The notes under the pieces were generated by a model, which was not told the origin of the DNA, ran no database searches, and saw nothing but the letters and a program-made list of their open reading frames with translations. A stretch of 64,000 nt of DNA from Eledone cirrhosa (Eukaryota), in assembly GCA_964016885.1 (NCBI GenBank), contig OZ024743.1, forward strand, positions 222,270,001 to 222,334,000, in the 5' to 3' direction. Made by a program: the position numbers and the translations under genes. Below, in pieces: positions 1 to 11,833 of the stretch (its first letter is position 1; each line of letters starts with the position of its first letter).

Positions 1-170
1 TTTCTACTTTTGGCACAAGGCCAACAATTACTCAGTGCATTACTGGTACTTTATTTTATTGACCCTGTAAGGATGAAAGGCAAAGTTAACCTTGGCGGGA
101 TTTGAACTCAGACCGTAAAGGGACGTAACTATGCTGGAAAGCATGGCATCCGACTCTCTACCGATACTGT
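1..170 (-). mobile_element. tRNA-derived SINE with Meta/MESC-like central domain (cut by window start)
   Basis: Minus strand has B-box GAGTTCAAATCCC followed by TTTGCCTTTCATCCT...ATAAAATAAAGTACCAG; closely similar copy at 11587-11766. The domain name is from recall. Confidence 0.75.
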
Positions 171-328
171 TAAATAGCAGGCAGTGTTATAATAATGTAA
201 CCCACTAGTAACCTATAGAATTCTCTACTCCGGCGGGATTTGAAGTCAGAATGTAAAGAGCCGTAAGGCATAAGCTAATAATATCAATACACATGTAGTC
301 TATATACTTAAGACCCCAATCCCAAAAC

Positions 329-346
329 TATATATATATATATAGG

Positions 347-380
<34 letters not shown>
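329..380. repeat. (TA)n microsatellite
   Basis: Direct; similar tracts at about 1321-1362 and 4667-4696. Confidence 0.95.
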
Positions 381-382
<2 letters not shown>

Positions 383-1102
383 TAGGATACATTATATATA
401 CATCTTAGGATACATTACACAACTTGGAGTGTAGCTTTCGGATTCCTAGAAACCAATCGAAGATATATAATATCTATCGATCAGGTCCAGGTTCGTCTTT
501 AACCTGTTTGTATTTCCGTTGTTGTTGTAGTAAGGTGGCAACACTACTACCTGGCATATATATATACATACACACACACCTCTGTGTGTGTGTATTTGTA
601 TATACGTAATATGACTTCAAAACTGTTTGTAATGTCAAAACTACATATGAAGCCAACTCAAATGAATTCCAATTAACTTGAGTCCATTTTCATTAGCTTC
701 TGCCTGTGTCAGTATCCAACAGCTTTCTCCAAATCATTTGGGCTTCATTTAATCAGCTTCTGTTTTAATTACATTACAATTTATATCAGATTCTGTCAGT
801 TACAGTCCATTTCACTGCTTTCCAGTTCACTCCAATTAATATCATTATATTCCAATCCATACCAGTAAATTCCAATCCAATCAACTAAGTTCTGGCCACA
901 CACATTGTACCACTATGCAGTCCAGTCAATCCATATCATTATATTCTAATCTATATCAGTTCATATCAGTGCAATCCAGTTCATACCAGTTTACTTTAGT
1001 TTGTTCTGGTACATTTTGGTCAACTCATGTAAGCTCAAGCCTGCCCACACTGCAAACCAGTCAAATCAGTAAACATCTTAATTAAGCATAGAAATTGAAA
1101 CA

Positions 1103-1317
1103 GTCCACACTGTAAGGTGGTCGTGAAGGAGACACGGTAAAAAGGCTCCCTGTCCATACTGTAAATGTGGTTGGTGTTAGGAAGGGCATCCAGCTGTAAA
1201 AAGACCTGCCAGAGACACTTCCGTATGAGTGAGACACAGTCTCCCGACCATTCCCGCATCAAATGGAACAAAACCGTCTAACCCATGCTAGCGTGTAAGA
1301 TGGATGTTAAACGATGA

Positions 1318-1320
<3 letters not shown>
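1103..1320 (+). mobile_element. RTE LINE 3'UTR / RTE-tailed SINE-like fragment
   Basis: GTTAGGAAGGGCATCCAGCTGTA motif and tail CCCATGCTAGC...GGATGTTAAACGATGATGA; same motifs lie downstream of the RTE ORF at 63372-63660. Confidence 0.75.
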
Positions 1321-1363
<43 letters not shown>

Positions 1364-1365
<2 letters not shown>

Positions 1366-1616
1366 AAGTGGTTGTGTAGGTGTCATGACAAAAAAGCGCC
1401 CTGTCCACACTGTAAAGTGGTCATGTAGGTGTCATGACAAAAAGCACCCAGTTCACAGTTGGCATTAGAAAGGGCATCCAGCCATAGAAACTAAGCCAAA
1501 ATCAGTTCTGTGTGAGCAACACACAGTCATCCAACCTGGCTTGTCTCACAACAGGACACCTTGTCTAATCCATGCTAGAGTGGAAAATGGACATTAAACA
1601 ATGATGATGATAATGA
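1364..1616 (+). mobile_element. Second RTE 3'UTR-type fragment
   Basis: Same GGGCATCCAGCC motif and CATGCTAG...GGACATTAAACAATGATGATG tail. Confidence 0.7.
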
Positions 1617-1654
1617 TATATATATATAAAACGGGTTGCCTTCATTACAGCTTA

Positions 1655-1810
1655 TGGAGTCCACAGGAAGTGAGCCTGCTCAATATGTAGAAAAGTAGTA
1701 GGCATAAGCTCCATACGATGTACACAATGTAAATCTCTGGTACACAAGAGATGTAGTGAGATAACAGGTAGACTTACATGAAAGGAAGACTTTGTATATA
1801 GAAGATGCAA
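1655..1810 (+). mobile_element. RTE LINE internal fragment (Cys-rich region downstream of RT)
   Basis: Similar to 4905-4990 (CCTGCTCAATATGTAGAA...GGAAGACTTTGTAT.TAGAAGATGCA). Confidence 0.55.
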
Positions 1811-2680
1811 CTTATGATTTGTGTCACATTCCGCACTACGCATCACACCTACACTACACACATCAGTACGATCACGTTTATGGATGATGACAAAATCAAT
1901 CATGTGCCCATGCTTTGATCTCAGATGAGTCCATGTAATTTTGTATTTAAGTTTGTGTCCGAAGAAAATGTTGGAAATGGTCAAATTGAGTTCTGAGCAA
2001 AGTTCATGTAGCTTCAGACTATCTTCATTCACTTTACCAATGTCATGCTGCCAACACATGCACTGAAGTCACCAAGAAGTATTAGCTTCTCATCATTCAG
2101 TGTGGAAGTAATGGCAGTATAAAGGCTTTCATAGAAAGTCATAACGGTTTCTTCATTGGCTTGGAGAGTTGGAGTATAAACTAAAAAGAATGTTGCATAA
2201 CGTCCACTCAAGAGTGGAACACGTAGCTTCAGTATGCGATCAGTTATGCTAGATTTGCACTGTAAATGTTTTGCCAATGTTGTTCTGATAGCAAAACCAA
2301 TACCACCTTGTCAACGCTCGCCTTTAGTCTTACCAATCCAGTAAAGTGTATATCTTGATGATGCTTCAGTCAACTGATCCTCACTTGACAGGCGCATCTC
2401 TGAGAGAGCTGCAATATCTATATACAGTCGTTGAAGTTCCTTAGTTACAAGTGCATTTCTTCTTTCTGGTCCAAAAGTGTTCTTACATTCCAACAACAAA
2501 GGTTGGTCTTAACTGGCTCATTTGCAATCAATTTAGCATGTCTATCATCTTTTCTGCTCCTGCTGACATCAACCACCATTAGCATTGATGTGATAGGTAA
2601 TGTTCAGTGCACCTTTTTTAGCACCTTCCCAACACACTAGGTGAGCTGTCATGTGACAACTGGCTCAAAGCAGAGGGGCA
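1811..2680 (-). pseudogene. RTE/BovB-like LINE 5' part, apurinic-type endonuclease domain, frameshifted
   Basis: Consecutive minus ORFs contain PERRNALV..ELQRLYIDIAALSE.RL, LILLGDF, TW.H.RSKHGHMIDFVI and C.T.HKL, typical RTE endonuclease motifs split over three ORFs. Confidence 0.9.
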
Positions 2681-3654
2681 TATTGTGTCCATTTTTATTT
2701 TTTTATGCTTGTAGGTATGAAAGTAAAAAATATAGCTCAAAAATTGGGTCCTTTGGCCTAAACATTATGGGGTCTCTCTTCTTGAGGGAAAAGATCTAAA
2801 TCTTATGTCCCCTTGAAACCAATGTAATTTAACAAATGTCAATTTAACCAACTTAAAACAACAAAAACTTACGGAGCGATGTGTACACTCGTCTTAAAAG
2901 ACTCAACAACAAAGATAATAAATAAACACAAAAAAAAAAAAGAAAAACTATGATTGTGCTTATTTGTTTTTTTTTTACATACATACACACACATATATAT
3001 ATATATATGTGTGTCTTTTGATGCGTGTGTTAAATATATTTCTTGTACTTAGGATAATCTATATATGTGTGCCTTTTGATAAAACAAAGAGAGATTTTAC
3101 AAAAAAACAATATGGTGGACAGATCAGAAGTAAGTTTATTTGGACAATTAATAGTTACAGTTGTTAAATCACCAAGGAATAATACATCTGCCACTTTTAC
3201 TCGCTGGCTGCGTCTGATAAAATTGCTTATTTATTCTTAATGATGATTCACAGAATAAATATACATATTTAGAATATCATTTTGGTTATCATCTAGGGCA
3301 TTGTATAACTTTCATACAAAGGCATTTCAAAACAGTCTCTCATGTTCTGAAACATCAGAATAATTACATATCCTTGGTTATTAGAATATTCTGGAAATGT
3401 GACACATAAATGATAATGAAATAATTGCATTTACTTTTCATTAATAAATTGATTTTGTTTTTAGTAGACGCAAGCATATTAGAAAGACATTCTCTTTAGA
3501 TGTGGATTAGATAGATACATCCTATAAGTGTTGATAAGAAAGAATGGCTTGTGTATATTGGCTTGTATATATTGATTAGAAACACAATGTACAGAAATTA
3601 ACATAGGGACTATGAGAGTAGTGGGCACAGACCCTTCCTCCTTGTCAAATCATG

Positions 3655-3808
3655 GTTTTGTGGTTAAGTGGTTTGCTTTGCAGCCATGCAATTTTAAGTT
3701 CAATCCCACTGCATGAAACCTATAGCAAGTGTCTTCTACTATAGTTCAGCATTGAACAATGCCTTGTGACTGAAATTTGGTAGATCAAAACTGTATGGAA
3801 GCTCATCA
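3655..3808 (+). mobile_element. tRNA-derived CORE-type SINE, degenerate
   Basis: A-box-like GTGGTTAAG, B-box GTTCAATCCC, CORE-like GCAAGTGTCTTCTACTATAG, then GCCTTGTGA..AATTTGGTAGA. Confidence 0.7.
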
Positions 3809-4080
3809 TATCATCATCATCATCATCATCATCGTTTAACGTCTATCTTCCACGCTAGCATGGGTTAGATGGGAATTGTCCCATTTGAGGCAAGATTGGT
3901 CAGGTGACCGTGTCTCACTCGTATAGGACTATCTGGCAGGTTTTCTACGGCTGGATGCCCTTCCTAATACCAACCACATTTACAGTGTGGACTGGGAGCT
4001 TTTTACTGTGTTACCTACACGACCATATTACAGCGTGGACTGTGGGAGGAGGGGGTTGTCATGATACCAACATGACCTCA
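3809..4080 (-). mobile_element. RTE 3'UTR-type fragment ending in (GAT)n
   Basis: (CAT)n followed by CGTTTAACGTC...GCTAGCATGGG...GGATGCCCTTCCTAA; aligns by eye with 63372-63620. Confidence 0.8.
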
Positions 4081-4152
4081 TTATAGAAATGACTTCTACA
4101 GGACTAGAACTATTTCATTCATATGAAATTATCAAGAATGTTGTCTACTTAC

Positions 4153-4222
4153 TATAAGGGGTATACATGCTGTCAACACAGATTGTTCATGGTCGTTTCT
4201 ATCTAAATTTAAAGATTCCACT
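4153..4222 (-). CDS. Candidate internal coding exon of an unidentified gene (VESLNLDRNDHEQSVLTACIPLI)
   Basis: Minus strand: acceptor TTCTTTGTTTCAG, 70 nt with one open frame, consensus donor GTAAGT; lies in non-repetitive-looking sequence. Protein not recognised. Confidence 0.45.
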
Positions 4223-4400
4223 CTGAAACAAAGAATTCATTTCATGTATCTTTGAGTGGGTAAAGGACCACCCAAGATAATTGGACCTAGGTGGATTCCT
4301 AATGTATATCAGTGACCACAGTTAAAAAAGGTACTCAATATGTTAGTAGAGTGTAGGCATATTTGTTTTATATCTATAATAAAATAAAGATATATATATA

Positions 4401-4662
4401 CTCACTCTGCACCCCTCATACATCAAATACTACTCTGATTTGTCGTCTTCGTCAACATGAATGGACCTGTTATTTTTATCTAAAGACATTTTTTCCAATT
4501 TCAACTTGCCCATCCCCTCAATCTATCTTATTTCTCATTCTTTCTTCTGATGAAGGACTAGCATCCGAAACGTTAAAACCCTCTTCCTGCTATATCAAGT
4601 GTTAACCTAATATATCCCTTCCATATACTGTACCGATTGTGTTGTTATTTCTGTTTACCTTT

Positions 4663-4666
<4 letters not shown>
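4401..4666 (+). mobile_element. Penelope-like element terminal remnant between (TA)n tracts
   Basis: Contains CTGATGAAGGA...TCCGAAACGTT hammerhead motif, a T-rich tail and TA repeats on both sides. Confidence 0.55.
4541..4578 (+). ncRNA. Minimal type I hammerhead ribozyme motif
   Basis: CUGAUGA (4547-4553), extra A, stem II GGA/UCC, GAAA (4567-4570), palindromic ACGU stem III; stem I is weak. Confidence 0.55.
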
Positions 4667-4700
<34 letters not shown>

Positions 4701-4769
4701 CTACACATGGCTTTTTTTAAAGTACTAAGTTGAATATTGGTCTTACTAGTCTAAATTAGTTACATCTTA

Positions 4770-5524
4770 TCTATCTAGTGTAAAAGAACTAGAGAATAAT
4801 TTCCAACTATGGAAACAGAATTTAGACTCAAAGAGTCTAATAGTAAACTTAACCAAAACTAAAGTGCCAGTGAGTAGGAAAGAAGATAGGGCTCTGATTC
4901 CCTCAGAGAAGCAGCCCTGCTCAATATGTAGAAGTGGGATAACAGATAAACTAACTGGAAGGGAAGACTTTGTATGTAGAAGATGCACAAGGGTAAAAGA
5001 AAGGGAAGTGCATCAGTGATATATAAACCTTCCAATCACAGGAAAGATCTGTAGAAGTGACGATAGCTGCTGCTACTTAGGTGACCTAGTTAACAGCAAA
5101 GGAGGATGCTTCCGGAGCATAATAGCTAGAATAAAGGTAGGATGAAAGAAGTTTAGAGAGCTATTCCCACTGTTAACTACAAAAGGTTTCTCCCTACATA
5201 TGAAAGGACGACTGTATGATGTATTTGTGCAAAGCACGATGCTGCATTGTAGTGAAATATGGGCTAGCACTGCCAAGAACTGCATAGACTGGAGAGAAAT
5301 AAAGCAGCCATGCTTTGTTGGATGTGCAATGTAAATCCCAGTGGAGGGTAGCTGCAGTATAGGTAGACCAAGAAAGACCAGGGCAGAGGTTGTGAGAACT
5401 GATCTCAAGTTGCTGAGACTCACAAAGGAATGCAGTAAGTCGAGAGATGCTGTGCTAAAAGGGATGTGTCCAACCCATACAAGCATAAAAAAACGGACGT
5501 AAGAATGATGATAGTGATGATGAT
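4770..5524 (+). pseudogene. RTE LINE 3' fragment with deletions (RT C-terminus to tail)
   Basis: Translates to VNLTKTKV, FVCRRC, YLGD, ARIKVG*KKFREL.PLLTTKG, GRPRKT; ends in GGACGT..(GAT)n tail. Confidence 0.85.
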
Positions 5525-5585
5525 ATATTGGAAACATTCCATCAATATTTCTTCTGGTTGAAAGTTACAGATAGCATGGTGTATT

Positions 5586-5725
5586 CATCATCATCATTTT
5601 ACATCCGCTTTTCCCTGCTTGCAAGGGCGAGACAGGAACTGATTCTGGCTTGAATTCTACAGCTGGATGCCCTTCCTAACACCAACCTCATTTACAGTGA
5701 GTACTGGGTGCTTTTTTGCCATGGC
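5586..5725 (-). mobile_element. RTE 3'UTR-type fragment
   Basis: (CAT)n followed by CAGCTGGATGCCCTTCCTAACACCAACC. Confidence 0.65.
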
Positions 5726-5784
5726 ACCTTCACGACCACTTTGCAGTGGAATGATATGGACCCCAGTCCCTATCATCTCATTTC

Positions 5785-6177
5785 TACAGCCGAGTAAACT
5801 GGAGCAATGTGAAATAAAGTGTCTTGCTCAAGGAAAACAACACATCACCCGGTCTGAGAATTGAACTCACAACCTTTCGATTGCAAGGCCAATGCTCTAA
5901 CCACTAAGCCATGTGCATCCAGAGTCTAAAGTCTGTCTTAAGCCAGAAGGCTCATTTGGCCGGTGCTTATCCCGGTTTCATGGCGTGAAGCGACTGAGAG
6001 TACAAGACTCCCGCCTGGACAGGACGCCAGTCCATCACAGGATTAAACCTCCAGCTATTGCTGGTACCCATTTTCAGCGGAGTAAACTGGAGCAATGTGA
6101 AATAAAGTGTCTTGCTCAAGGAAACAACACATCACCCGGTCTGAGAATTGAACTCACAACCTTTCGATTGCAAGCCT
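5785..6177 (-). mobile_element. Two adjacent overlapping fragments of a tRNA/CORE-type SINE
   Basis: About 95 bp GAGTAAACTGGAGCAATGTGAAATAAAGTGTCTTGCTCAAGG...GATTGCAAG occurs twice (about 5793 and 6080); A/B-box-like motifs on minus strand. Confidence 0.8.
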
Positions 6178-6799
6178 ACAGTGTATTGTTTTCACAATAT
6201 CATTATGACTAATAAGAAATTAATATCTTCCTTAATAACATGATGACATATTTTGACAGCTACTGATTATGGGTTATATATATATATATTAAATGTGTGT
6301 ATGTAAATGTATGAGTATGTGTGTGTGTGTCATCATCATCATGCTCAAATGATGATGTTCGCTCTAATAATCATTGGCTCACACTTATTTGCACTACACT
6401 ACCTGAAAACTCTGTTTCTCAAAATCATTAGATAGACAAGGATATTAATTCCTTCCCTCTTCTCATGATTTCCAAAATCCACCACCACCACCACTTCAAC
6501 TACCATATATATAGAAAGCGAGAGTGTGTGATGAGAGAAATAGAGAGATTATGATTTTCTACACATTGACGTGTATGAGTGTGCACATACATACATCTAT
6601 ATGTATGAGTATATAACTATAACCGCGCAAACACAAACTTATAAAAATACACCCTGACGAACATAATTCACACAAATACACATACATTCACACAAATATA
6701 CATACATTCACACATACATTTTCACAAACACACACATTGTCATGATAGCAGCGTTCGGTGAAATTGGAAATGGGAGGGTAAAACAAGTAAAACGTTTTA

Positions 6800-7445
6800 T
6801 TTATTTATTAACTCTTTATTTATTTATTAACACTTTTTTTTTAAAAACACATTTAATATAATGGTTACAGAACGAAAACACTAACAAATATAATATGTAC
6901 AAAGGAAAGGGAAAGGAATAAAAGAAAGAGAAAAAATACACAAGCAGGTAATACACACATCTTAGGCCACAGAACAATATGCAGGCGAAAGGGGTGGAAA
7001 AATGAGCCGCTACCAGAGCAAAAGTTAGCAATATAGCGAGGAGCACTGGGAAACCTCTCTAATAATTTTTGAGGCAGGCCAACACGCTCGCAGCGTTACC
7101 TGGGTGATGGTGAGGATGAGGTGCTGGAACAACCAAGTTCCCTCACGAGCATCACCAGTTACCTCTGTTTGGCGAGCCACCAGTGAAGATAAGAATCTCG
7201 CTGTCAGTAGCCCGACTCCCCCAAACGTCTCAAACACCACAGGCTGGATAATGTAGTTAGCTGACAGGACACGGTATTTTAGGATTTTGTTCCGTTCAGC
7301 TGCGGATGCTGTAGCTCTCACCCTTACCGCTGCATCCAGGATGTGGGAAGAAGCAAAAGAGTCACTAACTGTGACATCCCACCCAGACGATTCCAAAATT
7401 GAGGGGATTTTTGACCAGGCCCAAGCTCTTGAGTGGTAATAGGAC
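6800..7445 (-). pseudogene. CRE-clade non-LTR retrotransposon 3' end (restriction-like endonuclease domain plus 3'UTR)
   Basis: ORF 7025-7447 has WDVTVSD..A.S, AAERNK..KY..L, P.VFET.G..G and TGD.RE..WLFQ, matching the CRE endonuclease pattern; followed by a T-rich UTR and (AAAT)n. Confidence 0.8.
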
Positions 7446-7589
7446 AATGTGTGTATGCGCGTGAGTTTGATGGCGTTCTTAAATTAGAGGCACGTGTGTG
7501 TGTGTGTCACTGTTTTTAAGTTAGACATATATAAGTGTGTATCCCTTTCCTTCCTTTTACACACACATACATTCACACAAACACACATA

Positions 7590-8078
7590 CACATTGCTGT
7601 TGGACGGGTGGACAGAAGTCCCTCAAATTTATATACATGTGAATGGAGTTCTACTGAAGCAGTTAGAGAAGTTCAAGTATCTTGGAGCCGTGTTCATGAT
7701 TGATGGAATGCAGGAAACTGAATTAAGTGCAAGAATTGCAAAAGCTGATGCAGTAATGCGCCAGCCTCAGCATTCAGCAATCAGAAGAAGGGGGTAGGTG
7801 TAAAAGCCAAACTCGCTGTCTTCCTGGTATTGCTGCCAACTCTTACTGAGGATCGTGAATCTTGAGTAATGACCAAAAGAATACAATTGCAAATAAAAGC
7901 GGCAGAAATGGGGTTCCTCCAAAGGGTCTTTGAAGTAACGTTACTCGATAAAGTGCACAACTCAGAGACCAGAGAGTCACTCCTGGTAGAGCCGCTACTT
8001 CTCCGAATTGAGAGATCACAACTCCGATATTATGAGCATGTGGTTAGAATGTCTCAGGAAAGAATCGCTGGACACATA
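7590..8078 (+). pseudogene. RTE-type LINE fragment (post-RT region)
   Basis: VNG..LKQLEKFKYLG, ARIAKA, AAEMGFL.R, IERSQLRYY.HVVRM motifs; stops and frameshifts present. Confidence 0.85.
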
Positions 8079-8082
8079 ATAA

Positions 8083-8250
8083 ATAATTATTGTGGTAAAA
8101 TGGTGGATAAAATGATTATTGTGGGTAAAGTTGCGGGTAAAATGATTATTGTGGTTAAAATGGTGGGAGAAATAATTATTGTGGGAAAATCGGGGTGGGG
8201 AAATGATTATTGTGAGTAAAGTTGTGGGTGAAATAATTATTGTGGGTAAA
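8083..8250. repeat. ~30-bp minisatellite ATTATTGTGGGTAAAATGGTGGGTAAAATG, left block
   Basis: About 5-6 degenerate copies. Confidence 0.85.
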
Positions 8251-9370
8251 AAATGGAACCCCCAAATAAAAAACGGACCCCGACTAAAAAACGGATTCCC
8301 CCCAAATAAGAAACCGACCCCAAATATAAAAACGGATCCTCCCAAATAAAAACGGACCCCCTAAATAAACAATGGATCCTCCCAAATCAAAAACGGACCC
8401 CAAATAAAAAACGGTTCACCACCAAATAAAAAACGGTCCCCAAATAAAAAACGGATCGCCCCCAAATAAAAAACGGATCCGCCAAATAAAAAACGGATCC
8501 CCCTAAATAAAAAACGTACCCCAAATAAAAAATGGACCCCCTCCCCCACCAATAAAAAACGGACCCCAAATAACGAACGGATCCCCCGCAAATAATAAAC
8601 AGAACCCAAATTAAAAACGGTTCCCCCCAAATAAAATCGGCCCCAAATAAAAAACGGATCCCCCCAAAATGAAAAACGGATCCTCCCCAAATAAAAAACG
8701 GACCCCCCCCCCCAATAAAAAATGGATGCCCCCCTAATAAAATACGGATCCCCCCAAATAAAAAAGGACCCCAAATAAAAAACGGACCTCAAATGAAAAA
8801 CGGATCCCACCAAATAAAAAACGGACCCCAAATAAAAAACGGATCCTCCCAAATAAAAAACAGACCCCCCCCCATAAAAAAAGGTCCCCCCCCCAAAAAA
8901 AAAAATACAAAACGTACCCCAAATAAAAACGGATCCCCAAAATAAAAAACGTACCCCAAATAAAAAACGGATCCCCCAAATAAAAAAACAGACCCCAAAT
9001 AAAAAACGGACCCCAAATAAAAAACGGACACCAAATAAAAAACGGATCCTCACACATAAAGAACGGACCCCAAATTAAAAACGGGCGCCAAATAAAAAAC
9101 GGATCCCCCCAAATAAAAAACGGATCCCCCCTAATAAAAAACGGATCGCCCCCAAATAAAAAAACGGACCCCAAATAAAAAACGGAACTCAAATAAAAAC
9201 GGAACTCAAATAAAAAACGGATCCCCCCCAAATAAAAAAACGCCCCCCCATACCCCCCATACCCCCCATACCCCCCCCCATAAAAATCGATCCCCCCAAA
9301 TAAAAAATGACCCCCCCCCCCCAAAAAAAAACCAGATCCTCAAATAAAAAACGTACCCCTCCCAAATAAA
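8251..9370. repeat. 18-21-bp minisatellite CCCCAAATAAAAAACGGA(T)C
   Basis: Over 50 copies with variable C- and A-run lengths. Confidence 0.95.
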
Positions 9371-9515
9371 AATAATTATTGTGTGTAAAGTGGTGGGTAA
9401 AACGATTATTGTGGGTAAAATGGTAGGTAAAATGATTATTGTGGGTAAAGTGGTGGATAAAATAATAATTTTGGGTAAAATTGTGGGTAAAATGGTAGGT
9501 AAAGTGGTGGGTGAA
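9371..9515. repeat. ~30-bp minisatellite, right block (same unit as 8083-8250)
   Basis: ATTATTGTGGGTAAAATGGT repeats in the same orientation as the left block. Confidence 0.85.
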
Positions 9516-9519
9516 ATCA

Positions 9520-9725
9520 AGTAAGGGAGAAAGAGGGTAGAAGTGGAAGAAGGGGAGGAAAAACATCAAGGGAAGAAAGGATGGAAAAGAGGAGGGAAGA
9601 CAGCAGGTTGAAGAAATAGGGAAAGAGAGGTTGAAAAATGGGGAAAAGTAGGGAAGAGGGGTAAAGAGGGATACGAAGTGTGAAAGTGTGGGAAAGAGGC
9701 AGAAAAGGGTGTAATGAGGGAGAAT
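9520..9725. repeat. Purine-rich (GA) low-complexity tract
   Basis: Predominantly A/G on plus strand. Confidence 0.7.
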
Positions 9726-9879
9726 CAACACCACGAGGTCAACCACAAGACAATGAGGTCACGTAAAGTGATATGTGTTTCTTTCACAAGAAATTTGAAA
9801 CAAAAGATACCAATTAACCATGTAACTTCAATAGTTCTTCATCATTGACTCCGGGAGAAACTCTAGGACCAACCACCAA

Positions 9880-10670
9880 TAAACACCCTGGTGGTCAGCA
9901 AACATGATCAACTGTCCTGTATGTCTATGATGAGATCTCCAGTCAGATTCTTAATCGACACAGAAGTAGAAGTCAGTGTCATCCCGCCATCTGCAAGCGA
10001 CCTCCGTTATAGAGAGGGGAGTCAGTGGCAGCTTCCAATGATTCTACAATCAAAGCTTACAGATACCGTACTCTCTCCCTCCACAGAGGCTCACAGTAAT
10101 ATACATGGACATGCACTGTCGCTGATGCCCATCAGCCTATCATTGGAGCAGACTTCCTTCGGGCTCACTCACTGCTGGTCGATAATCAGGGGAGACGACT
10201 CATCAGTAGTAGTAAGTATGCCTCTGTTTCTCTGGCAACATCTGCACCTGTGACTTTTCATATATCAAACGTCTCTGAGACCAAGAACGAGTTCTCGGAA
10301 TTCCTTTTGATTTACCTGAAACTCATTATCATGGCATCTCTCAATCCACAACTCACCACAGAGTAAAGCACTACATTCCAATAACCAGTACTCCAGTACA
10401 CAACCGTGTATGTCGTCTACCACCAGACAAATTTGCTATTGTGAAGGTCAAATTTGACAATATGGAAGCTTTGGGCATCGTTCATCGATCAAACCGTCTC
10501 TGGTCTTCACCTCTACACGAAGCGCCAAAACCCAGCAGGGATTATCGCCGACTTAACAATTCTTACTCCATTCTACATATACAAGGCTTCTCGGTTCAGC
10601 AGGGTGCTCGATTTTCTCCCAAATCTACCTCAACCGAGGTTATCATCAATTACCTGTACTAGATGATAAC
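9880..10670 (+). pseudogene. Ty3/Gypsy pol fragment (aspartic protease and RT N-terminus), degenerate
   Basis: RFLIDT(E)VEVSVIPP (decayed DTG motif), QPIIGADFL, WSSPLH, DYRRLN, FSQIYL.RGYHQLPV across several frames; no LTRs seen. Confidence 0.9.
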
Positions 10671-10914
10671 ATGTAAATACAATTTAAAACAAAAAGTAAA
10701 AGAAAATTTAGATTGAGAAGAAAGAATGGAATGTAAAATAAGAAAATATTTTTAAAAAACGGAAAAAGAAAGATATGGCCAGGGCTCTAGTATTCTTAAA
10801 ACTTCTGACATAGTCATTAAAAAAATCTTTGGCAGCTTTGCTTTTCCTTGTGATCTTAAGTCTTTCTTTCTATCTTGTGCTATCCCTTGTTGTATTAGTG
10901 TTAAAGTGAGGGTT

Positions 10915-11200
10915 TGTGGCTTAGTCATTACAATGTTCTGTTCATGTTCAGGATTTTGTGAAATTAATACCTGGTGGTGTAATGTGTCCTTCAACAAGAC
11001 ACTTTATTTCACATTGCTTCAGAGAACTCAGTTGGAAAAAATGAGTTGTATCTGTAGTTCAAGGAGCCAGACTTGTCATGTTGAATCTTCCTGAGAACTA
11101 CATTAACTATATATCTCTGGAATGCCCAGCCACTTGCATATTAATTTCACAAGCAGGCTTTTCTGTTGATGAAATCCACTGGAGCCAACAGAGGTCCAAC
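10915..11200 (+). mobile_element. Degenerate tRNA/CORE-type SINE
   Basis: GTGGCTTAGT head; TGTGTCCTTCAACAAGACACTTTATTTCACATTGCT is the reverse complement of the CORE segment at about 5800-5835. Confidence 0.65.
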
Positions 11201-11586
11201 ATACAAACAGGGTTAGAATTCTTGATACATTGCAAATCATAATCTATATATATTCAAGGGGAACACTAGTGGATCCTTCCATCTGTCCCTCACTGAACTG
11301 TAACTAGTGCTACAGGGTGGAATGCTCTAACTACAATAAGTAGCAAGAACAAATTACAAGACAATACTATGGTTGAATCACAATAAAAAGTCTTTAGACT
11401 GATACTGCAAAATTTCATAATTGTCTATCTACTAGTAAAGAAACTACAAACATTTGAATTAACAAAACCTGTTTTTAGATATTTTCTGATAAATCATTAC
11501 AAAATATTAAGAATTAAAATAACTAAAACAAAATTGAAATGCCAGCTCAGTGAATCCCTGATATCCATTTAACATCATCATTAATT

Positions 11587-11766
11587 GTTTCTACTTTAGG
11601 CACAAGGCTAGCAAATACCCAGTGCATTACTGGTACTTTATTTTATCGACCCCGTAAGGATGAAAGGCAAAGTCAACCTCGGCGGGATTTGAACTCAGAT
11701 CGTAAAGGGACGTAACTATACTGGAAAGCATGACGTCCGACCCTCTACTGATACTGCCAATCCACC
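11587..11766 (-). mobile_element. tRNA-derived SINE, same family as 1-170
   Basis: Aligns by eye with 1-170 over its whole length. Confidence 0.8.
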
Positions 11767-11833
11767 ATCATCATTTAATGTCTGTATTTTCTGCTAGCAA
11801 GGGTTTGACTATCCAGACGGACTTAGTATTTAG

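Noticed and set aside
425-490. Third hammerhead on the minus strand (CUGAUCGA ... CCGAAAGCUA)
   Set aside because: Core is non-canonical and far from GAAA, stem II is mismatched and there is no convincing stem I; at best a decayed relic.
8361-9746. Long G/F-rich ORFs on the minus strand
   Set aside because: Open in several frames because the minisatellite lacks stop codons; variable homopolymer lengths are incompatible with coding constraint.
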